Shown here piece after piece: positions 53,767-60,371 of a stretch of 60,371 nucleotides of DNA. The position numbers and the translations under genes were made by a program. The first letter of the stretch is position 1. The number at the start of each line of letters is the position of its first letter. This DNA is from an uncultured Gemmatimonadota bacterium (GTDB lineage: Bacteria > SM23-81): assembly GCA_964584035.1 (NCBI GenBank), contig CAZOYL010000001.1, positions 1 through 60,371 of the forward strand, read 5' to 3'. Below the pieces are notes generated by a model. The model searched no databases. It was not told the origin of the DNA and worked only from the letters and a program-made list of their open reading frames with translations.

Positions 53767-54486
53767 ATGATGAACGGCGCATCGACGGGCAGAATCCGGA
53801 CGATATCCAGGACCCTGGAACGCAGCTATGGTCCGAAAGTATGGCGGCCGGAAGAGGACTTTCTCTCCCAACTGATCAAGACCATTCTCTCCCAGAATAC
53901 CTCCGATACTAATTCTCTGAGGGCTTTCCGGCAGCTGCGAAAGCGCTTTCCCGCCTGGTCCGACGTTCACCGGGCGCCGCGCCGCCAGGTGGCCGCCGCC
54001 ATCCGTTCAGGGGGGCTGGCCAATATAAAGGCCGGCCGGATCAAGGCGATTCTGCAGCAGGTTTTCTTAGAGCATCCCGATGGCGACCTCTCCTTTTTGG
54101 AGAGCTGGCCGACCGAACGGATACGGGAATACCTCGGCCGTTTCGTCGGGGTGGGGGAGAAGACGATCGCCTGTGTTCTGCTCTTTGCTCTGGGCCGCCC
54201 GGTGATGCCGGTGGACACACATGTCAGAAGGGTCAGCCTGCGGCTGGGGCTGATCCCGCCGCAGTCCGATGCGGTTCAAGCCCACCGTCTGCTGCAGGAT
54301 GCCGTTCCGGCCGCCTTGGTCTATGCCTTTCATCTGCATCTCATCGAGCATGGTCGAACGATCTGCCGGGCCCGGAAACCTCTCTGCGGCCGCTGTCCAT
54401 TGCAGGATCATTGTTCGGCCTGTCGGGAACGCTGGCCGGAGATCTTTTCAGGCCCCAGTTCCTGCCGCTCGACAGAGCCGTCGTGA
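53767..54486 (+). CDS. HhH-GPD base-excision glycosylase (endonuclease III-like) with a [4Fe-4S] loop
   Basis: GVGEKTIACVLLF, PVDTHV and CRARKPLCGRCPLQDHC. Confidence 0.75.
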   Translation: MMNGASTGRIRTISRTLERSYGPKVWRPEEDFLSQLIKTILSQNTSDTNSLRAFRQLRKRFPAWSDVHRAPRRQVAAAIRSGGLANIKAGRIKAILQQVFLEHPDGDLSFLESWPTERIREYLGRFVGVGEKTIACVLLFALGRPVMPVDTHVRRVSLRLGLIPPQSDAVQAHRLLQDAVPAALVYAFHLHLIEHGRTICRARKPLCGRCPLQDHCSACRERWPEIFSGPSSCRSTEPS

Positions 54487-54516
54487 AGTTGCTTTTCCAC
54501 CATCGGGAGCCTCCGC

Positions 54517-55374
54517 ATGTGGCTGGCCCTGGCTCTGATCTGTTCTCTGTTCAACGCCCTGCAGGGGGCCTACGGCAAGAAGATCCTGGACCGTATCGAT
54601 CCCTATATACTCACCTGGTCCATGTTCGTCTACGCTCTCCCGATCATGGGATTGGCTCTGGCCCTCGACGGAATCCCCGCCATTCAGCCGGGTTTCTGGC
54701 CGGCTCTGGCCATCACTCTGTCGGTCAATCTGATCGCCGTGACGCTGTATATCCAGGCCATCAAACGGTCTCCTCTGTCTCTGACCATTCCCCTGCTGGC
54801 CTTCACGCCCATCTTTCTGGTCTTAACGGCCTCTATATTCCTGGGTGAACGGCCCGGTTCACTGGGCCTGGCGGGCATTCTTCTGATCGTAGCGGGAGCC
54901 TATTTCCTCGGCATGTCAGAGGGCTCCCGGGGCCTCTTGGCTCCCCTGCGTCATATCGCCCGGGAACGCGGCAGCCTGCTGATGCTGGCGGCGGCTTTTC
55001 TATGGGGCATTTCGGCGGCGGCCGACAAAGCTGCCCTGATGAACTCGTCGCCGGTCTTCTTCGTGTTCGCTTTTCATCTGCTCTATTCTCTACTGTATCT
55101 CCCCATTTTACGCTGGCGAGCCGGTTCCAAGATGGTCCAGGCTTTTCACCGGGCGCCGGCCCTGTTCCTCTTCGCTTTCCTGGGCGGGATCATGATCATT
55201 GCACAGATGACGGCCGCCGGTCTGACCCTGGTCAGTTACGTGATCGCCGTAAAGAGAGGCGGCATGGTTTTCAGCATCCTTCTGGGATATCTGTTCTTCG
55301 GTGAACGTCGACTCGGCTGGCGCCTGGGCGCTGCCGTTATGATGGTGGCGGGCGTGTGCTGCCTGCTGCTGTGA
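54517..55374 (+). CDS. EamA/DMT-family transporter
   Basis: About ten hydrophobic segments forming a duplicated EamA-like pattern. Confidence 0.65.
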   Translation: MWLALALICSLFNALQGAYGKKILDRIDPYILTWSMFVYALPIMGLALALDGIPAIQPGFWPALAITLSVNLIAVTLYIQAIKRSPLSLTIPLLAFTPIFLVLTASIFLGERPGSLGLAGILLIVAGAYFLGMSEGSRGLLAPLRHIARERGSLLMLAAAFLWGISAAADKAALMNSSPVFFVFAFHLLYSLLYLPILRWRAGSKMVQAFHRAPALFLFAFLGGIMIIAQMTAAGLTLVSYVIAVKRGGMVFSILLGYLFFGERRLGWRLGAAVMMVAGVCCLLL

Positions 55375-55382
55375 CTTTCTCC

Positions 55383-55410
55383 TTGACAGGGCGGTTTTTC
55401 ATTATATTTT
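55383..55410 (+). promoter_or_regulatory. Sigma-70-type promoter TTGACA-N16-TATTTT
   Basis: A consensus -35 in an AT-rich gap upstream of the IMPase gene. Confidence 0.45.
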
Positions 55411-55454
55411 AATTTGGCCGGCCGTGTCGGCCGGATCCCGGAGGGAAAAGGGAT

Positions 55455-56282
55455 ATGGTTCAGCCATCAGTGGAAGAACTCCTGGCCTTCGCAGGGGAGA
55501 CGGCCAGAATGGCTGGAGGACTGCTGCGGAAACATGCGCCCCAGCGGCATCAGGTGGAGCACAAGGGCGCCGTGGATCTGGTCACAGAGGTGGACCGCCT
55601 TTCTGAACGGGCCATTGTGGCAGCCATTCACCGTGTCTACCCGGAACATCCCATTCAGGCCGAGGAAGGAACCAGTCAAGCGGCATCGGGCTCACTGCGC
55701 TGGATCGTCGACCCGCTCGACGGGACCACCAACTATGCTCACGGCTATCCCTGCTATTCGGTTTCCATCGCCCTGGAACAGCGCGGCCAAATCGTGCTGG
55801 GGGTGGTCTACGATCCGCTCAGAGACGAGCTGTTCGCGGCCCGCCGGGGCGGGGGCGCCCGGCTGAACGGACGGGATATCAGCGTGTCTCCGGTCGATCG
55901 GCTAACCGACAGCCTGCTGGCAACGGGATTTCCCTATGATATCCGCACCGATCCGGATAACAATCTGGACCACTTTGCCCGCTTCGCTTTAAGGACTCAG
56001 GGCATCCGCCGGGACGGGTCGGCAGCCCTGGATCTGTGCTCCGTGGCCGCGGGACGTTTCGACGGTTTCTGGGAGATGAAGCTGGCCCCTTGGGACGTGG
56101 CCGCCGGAGCGCTGATGGTCGCCGAGGCCGGCGGGCGGATCAGCGATTTCGCCGGAGGGCCGTTCCGCATCGATGGCCGCCAAATGATCGCATCGAACGG
56201 CCGGATCCACGATCTCATGATTGAGGTGTTGCAGGAACGGACAGCCTCGTCGATGAAAGGAGACTCCTCCCATGGTGGATAA
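55455..56282 (+). CDS. Inositol monophosphatase-family protein (SuhB-like)
   Basis: WIVDPLDGTTNY and WDVAAG motifs. Confidence 0.85.
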   Translation: MVQPSVEELLAFAGETARMAGGLLRKHAPQRHQVEHKGAVDLVTEVDRLSERAIVAAIHRVYPEHPIQAEEGTSQAASGSLRWIVDPLDGTTNYAHGYPCYSVSIALEQRGQIVLGVVYDPLRDELFAARRGGGARLNGRDISVSPVDRLTDSLLATGFPYDIRTDPDNNLDHFARFALRTQGIRRDGSAALDLCSVAAGRFDGFWEMKLAPWDVAAGALMVAEAGGRISDFAGGPFRIDGRQMIASNGRIHDLMIEVLQERTASSMKGDSSHGG

Positions 56283-56883
56283 TATCAAATGGCTGGGACA
56301 CGCCACGTTTCAGATCGCGGGCGACAGGATGATCTATATCGATCCCTGGAAGCTCAAGGGAAACGAGGAAAAGGCCGATATCATTCTTATCACCCATGAT
56401 CACTATGATCATTGTGAACCCCAGGATGTGGCCAGGATCCAGAAAGAGGATACCGTCATCGTCACCACCGCCGACTGCGCCGGGAAGCTCTCCGGCGACG
56501 TCCGCATCATTTCGCCCGGAGGTCGGCTGGATCTGGACGGAGTGATCGTCGAGGCCGTAGCGGCCTACAACATAGATAAGCAGTATCATCCGAAAGCCAA
56601 CGGCTGGGTCGGATTTATCATCACCGTGGCCGGTCAGAGGATCTATCATACCGGAGATTCCGATGTCACCGATGAGATGAAAGCGGTCCAGGCGGACATT
56701 CTCCTGCTGCCCGTTGGAGGCACCTATACGATGACGGCCGAGGGAGCGGCCGAGGCGGCCAATGCTATCCGTCCCCGGTGGGCTATTCCAATGCATTACG
56801 GCACCATCGTGGGATCGGATGATGATGCCGCCCGGTTCGAGGAGCTTTGCCAGGTTCCCGTTAAAAAACTCTCTGTCGAATAA
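56272..56883 (+). CDS. MBL-fold metal-dependent hydrolase (UPF0173-like)
   Basis: KWLGHATF and ITHDHYDH motifs. Confidence 0.75.
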   Translation: MVDNIKWLGHATFQIAGDRMIYIDPWKLKGNEEKADIILITHDHYDHCEPQDVARIQKEDTVIVTTADCAGKLSGDVRIISPGGRLDLDGVIVEAVAAYNIDKQYHPKANGWVGFIITVAGQRIYHTGDSDVTDEMKAVQADILLLPVGGTYTMTAEGAAEAANAIRPRWAIPMHYGTIVGSDDDAARFEELCQVPVKKLSVE

Positions 56884-56902
56884 ATCTTGAGGAGGTGACA
56901 CC

Positions 56903-57157
56903 ATGGAAGAAAAAGAGGTCGGAAGGGTGGTCGATTTTTTCGCCCAGGTGATGGTGGCCGGCATCCAGATGAGCGGCCCGCTGGCTGTGGGCGATACGAT
57001 TCACATCAAAGGACACACCACCGATTTTCAACAGCAGGTCGGATCCATGCAGATCGAGCACCAGGTTGTTCAGCAGGTCAATGCCGGGGACTCGGCGGGA
57101 ATCAAGATGACCGACCGCTGCCGGGCGCACGATATCGTCTACAAGGTGATGGAGTAA
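56903..57157 (+). CDS. Small EF-Tu domain-2-like beta-barrel protein
   Basis: 84 aa with a strong GAGGAGG RBS. The pattern GDTIHIKGHTT...VNAGDSAGIK resembles a translation-factor domain II. Confidence 0.45.
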   Translation: MEEKEVGRVVDFFAQVMVAGIQMSGPLAVGDTIHIKGHTTDFQQQVGSMQIEHQVVQQVNAGDSAGIKMTDRCRAHDIVYKVME

Positions 57158-57253
57158 TTCTGCATCTCACCGGACGTTCCGTTGGACAGCATGGGTTTGC
57201 CTGCCGTCGGAACCGTGCCGGGACGGGATGATGATGGGGGAGAGAGAACCGCT

Positions 57254-57682
57254 ATGACCGCACCATGGTCCGGTCGATACCGGGTTCCGGCTGTTACCGT
57301 GGACCTGATCATCGAGATGGAGGGGAGTGGGGTGGTGCTGGTTAAAAGAAAAAATCCCCCGCATGGCTGGGCCCTGCCGGGGGGATACGTGGATTACGGT
57401 GAGAGCCTGGAACAGGCGGCTGTTCGTGAGGCCCGTGAGGAAACGGGATTACGGATTGAACTGAAACGGCAGCTTCATACCTATTCGGATCCCAGCCGGG
57501 ATCCCCGGCGCCATACCGTGACCACCGTCTTCGTGGCCACGGCGCGGGGGCCGGCCTCTGCCGGAGACGATGCCGAAGCGGTCAGCGTTTTCCCCTGGGA
57601 AGAAATTCCCGATCAGATGGCTTTCGACCATGCCGAGATCCTTCAGCATTACCGCGCCGGCCGATGGGATCTGACCGGGTGA
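57254..57682 (+). CDS. NUDIX hydrolase
   Basis: Nudix box [36 protein letters not shown] before ATG 57254. Confidence 0.85.
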   Translation: MTAPWSGRYRVPAVTVDLIIEMEGSGVVLVKRKNPPHGWALPGGYVDYGESLEQAAVREAREETGLRIELKRQLHTYSDPSRDPRRHTVTTVFVATARGPASAGDDAEAVSVFPWEEIPDQMAFDHAEILQHYRAGRWDLTG

Positions 57683-57716
57683 TACCGCATCGGGGGAGGG
57701 CCTGCAGCCGGAATCC

Positions 57717-58121
57717 TTAGCCGTGTGCTTTTATAATCCGTGAACCGTGACCGTTGCGCTCTTTGTCCTGCTGGCAGTTGAGACACAGCTTGGCATTGGG
57801 CACGGCCAACAGACGGCGGGGATTGATCGGCCGGGAACAGACCCCGCAGATGCCATAGCTGCCATCATGGATACGGTCCAGAGCTTGATCGATGGCCTTG
57901 AGCAGTTCCTGTTCGTAGAGGTAGAGCTCCAGGGAGTTCTCGCGCTCGAAATGCTCTGAGGCAAGATCGGCGATCTCTCCATCGGATCCGCCCAGATTAC
58001 CGTTGGCCACTCTGGGTGGGACCCGGATATTCTCCTGTTCCATTCGCAGAAGGTTTTCCAGCAGTCGCTGACGCATTCTTTGCAGGTTCCGTTCGATGGC
58101 GTGCATGTCCCGTTTTCGCAC
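57717..58121 (-). CDS. DksA/TraR-family C4 zinc-finger regulator
   Basis: CGVCSRPI...CLNCQ. GTG start with GGAGG 9 nt upstream. Confidence 0.75.
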   Translation of the reverse strand: MRKRDMHAIERNLQRMRQRLLENLLRMEQENIRVPPRVANGNLGGSDGEIADLASEHFERENSLELYLYEQELLKAIDQALDRIHDGSYGICGVCSRPINPRRLLAVPNAKLCLNCQQDKERNGHGSRIIKAHG

Positions 58122-58390
58122 CGGTCATCGCCTCCATTCGATCAGTTCGGTTCCGCTCGAATGTTCCTCGGGAAAGAGTGTGCCCATTTTATTCGCAAAA
58201 TGTATGCCATAGCGCGCATTTATTTCACCCCCGGCAACGCCCGGTGTCCGTTCGCGGATTACTTATAACAAATACAATAACAATAAGATATACTTTCAAG
58301 CGGACATCCGGGGGAAAGGCCCGACGGGATCACCCGGAAGGGCCTAAAGGGGCTGCTCGGTCGATCTTCGATGTCGGTGGAATATGCAGA

Positions 58391-58419
58391 GATTCGAATC
58401 AAATATGCAACATGTTGCA
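58391..58419. repeat. Two adjacent perfect palindromes, GATTCGAATC (58391-58400) and TGCAACATGTTGCA (58406-58419)
   Basis: Read directly from the sequence. They are flanked by an AATATGCA direct repeat (58381 and 58402). Confidence 0.8.
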
Positions 58420-58430
58420 CGTTTCGGTGT

Positions 58431-58470
58431 GATTCGGAGATGAGGAGCCTGGGCTCCTCATCTCCGAATC
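58431..58470 (-). terminator. 17-bp perfect hairpin 3' of the PEP-CTERM gene (no U-tract)
   Basis: gattcggagatgaggag / ctcctcatctccgaatc with a 6-nt loop, ~30 nt after the stop at 58502. Confidence 0.45.
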
Positions 58471-58501
58471 AAGACCTCATTTCAAGACATCACAACGGAT
58501 C

Positions 58502-59239
58502 TCAGCGGAGCGATCGTTTCCTCCGCCTCGTGTAACCCCACAGGGCTGCCAGACCGGGGGCCAGCAAGAGAACGCTGGACGGTTCGGGCGTCGGATGGAC
58601 CTGCAGATTGAGCATGTCATTGCCGCAGTCCATGGTCCAATGAAGCCCGAAGGAGCCGGTGGGGCTCTCCAGGCAGGACCAATCGAACTGCCCCTCGATC
58701 ACCCAGGTGGGATATCCGTTCTCGATGATTTCCAATTGGCGGTAAACCAGCGGCTGCATGTCCAGCAGTGTGCCCCCGACGATGCGGGATGGACTTGACA
58801 TCGGGAAATCGGAGCTGGTCGTCCAGGTGGGATTGGCGAACAGGCCGCCGGCATGCATGCCGGTGGTCTTCAGGCCGTATTCGTAAATACCATCCATGTT
58901 CACATCGATGCCGAAATCACCGGGCAGGGCCGAATAAATGCCCGTCGCGGGAAAGGAGGTGACCAGGGCAATGTAGACCATGCCGCCGGCGATATCGCCA
59001 TACATGGCCTCGGCATCATACTGCTCCCCGCCGCTGGGGAATCCCGCATGGGCGCTTCCCCAATTATCCTCCTCCACCCAGCAAACATGGCCTCCCGCCG
59101 GCGACCATTGGGCATGAGGCAGCACGCCCCAGTCGTCCAACAGTCCGTTGATCAGATAGGCTTGGGTGGGCGGAAGGGCCGTCAACAGGATCAGAGCCAG
59201 GGTTGCCGTGAAGATTTTTATAACCGGCCGAGTCCTCAT
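58502..59239 (-). CDS. PEP-CTERM sorting-domain secreted protein
   Basis: Signal peptide, then the C-terminus PTPEPSSVLLLAPGLAALWGYTRRRKR (PEP motif, TM, basic tail). AGGAGG lies 9 nt before ATG 59239. Confidence 0.75.
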   Translation of the reverse strand: MRTRPVIKIFTATLALILLTALPPTQAYLINGLLDDWGVLPHAQWSPAGGHVCWVEEDNWGSAHAGFPSGGEQYDAEAMYGDIAGGMVYIALVTSFPATGIYSALPGDFGIDVNMDGIYEYGLKTTGMHAGGLFANPTWTTSSDFPMSSPSRIVGGTLLDMQPLVYRQLEIIENGYPTWVIEGQFDWSCLESPTGSFGLHWTMDCGNDMLNLQVHPTPEPSSVLLLAPGLAALWGYTRRRKRSLR

Positions 59240-59463
59240 CGTTGACAACCTCCTTTCTTCAATCTGAACGGGTCCATCAGAGTATCCTCGATGGGATTTC
59301 GTTACTTAGAAATGCAAGCTTCATACCAATCCAAGGACATCGGATGAGATGTTGAAATATTTAAGTAACATGCGTTATGGTAATGAGATAAATATTTCCC
59401 TGTGGTGCCTGGCCGGTTCGATGCTAGGATCTGGGCGCGAAAATGTTGCAACACTTTGCATAT

Positions 59464-59500
59464 AAAGACAAAAAAGAGGGAGAAGAATGATCTTCCCCCT
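59464..59500 (-). terminator. Rho-independent terminator of mazG
   Basis: On the - strand: AGGGGGAAGA-tcat-TCTTCTCCCT followed by CTTTTTTGTCTTT. Confidence 0.7.
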
Positions 59501-59585
59501 TGATGATGTTTTCTGAAAAGTGCGCCAGCAGATCGTCTCCGACCGGTCGACCCTGTCGTTCGGGGCCATGCCGGAGGGTGACGGA

Positions 59586-60371
59586 TCACGGTTCAGGTCT
59601 GTGCCCTTGACCTGGGTGATGGCCGGCGGCGCCTTCCCGGTCTTTAGCCTCGTCCCACAGGCGATCCATTTCTTTCAGGCTGACATCCTGGGGCTCCAAT
59701 CCCCTGTTCCGCAGCTGGGACTCGATATATTTAAATCGGACGATGAATTTATCTATCGTCCGGCGGAGGGCATCTTCCGGATTGGTCTCCAGAAAACGGG
59801 ACACGTTGACCAGAGCGAAGAAGACGTCCCCAAGTTCCTCCTCGACCGCTGTCCGGTTCTGTTGCCGGCAGGCGGCTCGGAATTCGGCCAGCTCTTCTTC
59901 CACTTTGGCAAAGACCTGGTCGATATGATCCCAGTCGAATCCCACTCTGGATGCCTTCTCCTGTACCCGGTGGGCTTTCAGCAGGGCCGGCAGCTCCCGG
60001 GGAATGCCCGCTAAAATAGAGTGATCGGATATCTTTTTTCCGCGGGCCTCCTTCTGTTTGATTCGCTCCCAGCCCTCGACGACCTCCCGACTGTCGCTCA
60101 CCTTGTGGTCACCAAAGACGTGCGGATGCCGCCTTTTCAACTTCTCGATGATGCCGGCGATGACGTCCTCGACATCGAAACGGTCATTCTCGCGAGCTAT
60201 CTGGCTATGAAAGATGATCTGCAGGAGCAGATCGCCCAGCTCTTCACTGAGCAGATCCGGTTCACCGCTATCGATGGCTTCCAGAACCTCATAGGCCTCT
60301 TCGATGAGATAGGGGCGCAGGCTGAGATGGGTCTGTTCGCGGTCCCAGGGACAGCCATCGGGTCCTCGCAG
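59586..60371 (-). CDS. mazG: Nucleoside triphosphate pyrophosphohydrolase MazG (N-terminus outside window)
   Basis: The reverse frame stays open to the window edge. CPWDREQTH, EE.YE, RRHPHVFG and a second EELGD repeat are present. Confidence 0.85.
   Translation of the reverse strand: MRGPDGCPWDREQTHLSLRPYLIEEAYEVLEAIDSGEPDLLSEELGDLLLQIIFHSQIARENDRFDVEDVIAGIIEKLKRRHPHVFGDHKVSDSREVVEGWERIKQKEARGKKISDHSILAGIPRELPALLKAHRVQEKASRVGFDWDHIDQVFAKVEEELAEFRAACRQQNRTAVEEELGDVFFALVNVSRFLETNPEDALRRTIDKFIVRFKYIESQLRNRGLEPQDVSLKEMDRLWDEAKDREGAAGHHPGQGHRPEP

Noticed and set aside
59444-59461. TTGCAA-cac-TTTGCAT as a sigma-54 promoter for the PEP-CTERM gene
   Set aside because: It lacks the -24 GG dinucleotide, the spacing between the elements is one nucleotide short of GG-N10-GC, and it reads on the + strand while the PEP-CTERM gene is transcribed on the - strand.
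1-60371. A search for rRNA, tRNA, tmRNA, CRISPR arrays, transposases, integrases, toxin-antitoxin pairs or recognisable defence genes, and for in-frame TGA selenocysteine codons in the Mo-hydroxylase cluster
   Set aside because: None could be supported by eye. All sizeable intergenic gaps are under 400 bp and show no cloverleaf-like or repeat-spacer structure. All cluster ORFs are uninterrupted. A tRNAscan, Infernal or defence-HMM run would be the decisive check.

Overview
This is a GC-rich bacterial chromosomal segment. I saw no rRNA, tRNA, CRISPR array, transposase or integrase. All calls come from reading the ORF translations and DNA by eye (motif recognition from memory, no searches), so products are family-level. 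About 57 consecutive genes from position 1 to ~57.7 kb lie on the + strand. At least 11 junctions are 4-nt stop/start overlaps (ATGA or GTGA). Only the last ~2.7 kb switches to the - strand (DksA/TraR-like, a PEP-CTERM protein, mazG). The left 14.6 kb is one large catabolic cluster resembling the E. coli ygeW-yqeA-mocA-ssnA-ygfM-xdhD-ghxQ (anaerobic purine/urate) region, but with different content. The three Mo-hydroxylase subunits are scattered. It carries PreT/PreA-type dihydropyrimidine dehydrogenase, SsnA, two tandem YgeW-like carbamoyltransferases, carbamate kinase, two fold-type-II PLP enzymes, an AzgA-type purine permease, MocA, a thioesterase and a cupin. The rest is mostly housekeeping or envelope genes: purD, purN, LysM/M23 peptidase, glgA, LD-carboxypeptidase, TamB plus an Omp85 protein, a Dpp-like ABC importer, ROK kinase, M55 D-aminopeptidase, iorA, a GDP-mannose enzyme, a TsaC-phosphatase fusion, split FtcD, dusB, larB/larC, holA, nth-like, IMPase and NUDIX. 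The best candidates for something undescribed are four. (1) The non-canonical purine/N-heterocycle fermentation cluster. (2) A translationally coupled DUF3108 / deoxyhypusine-synthase-like / GalT-like triad. (3) A sensor-less sigma-54 activator sitting behind its own canonical -24/-12 promoter. (4) A 7 x 15-bp low-GC tandem repeat ending exactly at an internal ATG of the thioesterase gene. A T9SS-type C-terminal sorting domain together with a PEP-CTERM protein hints at an uncultivated FCB-like lineage (low confidence).
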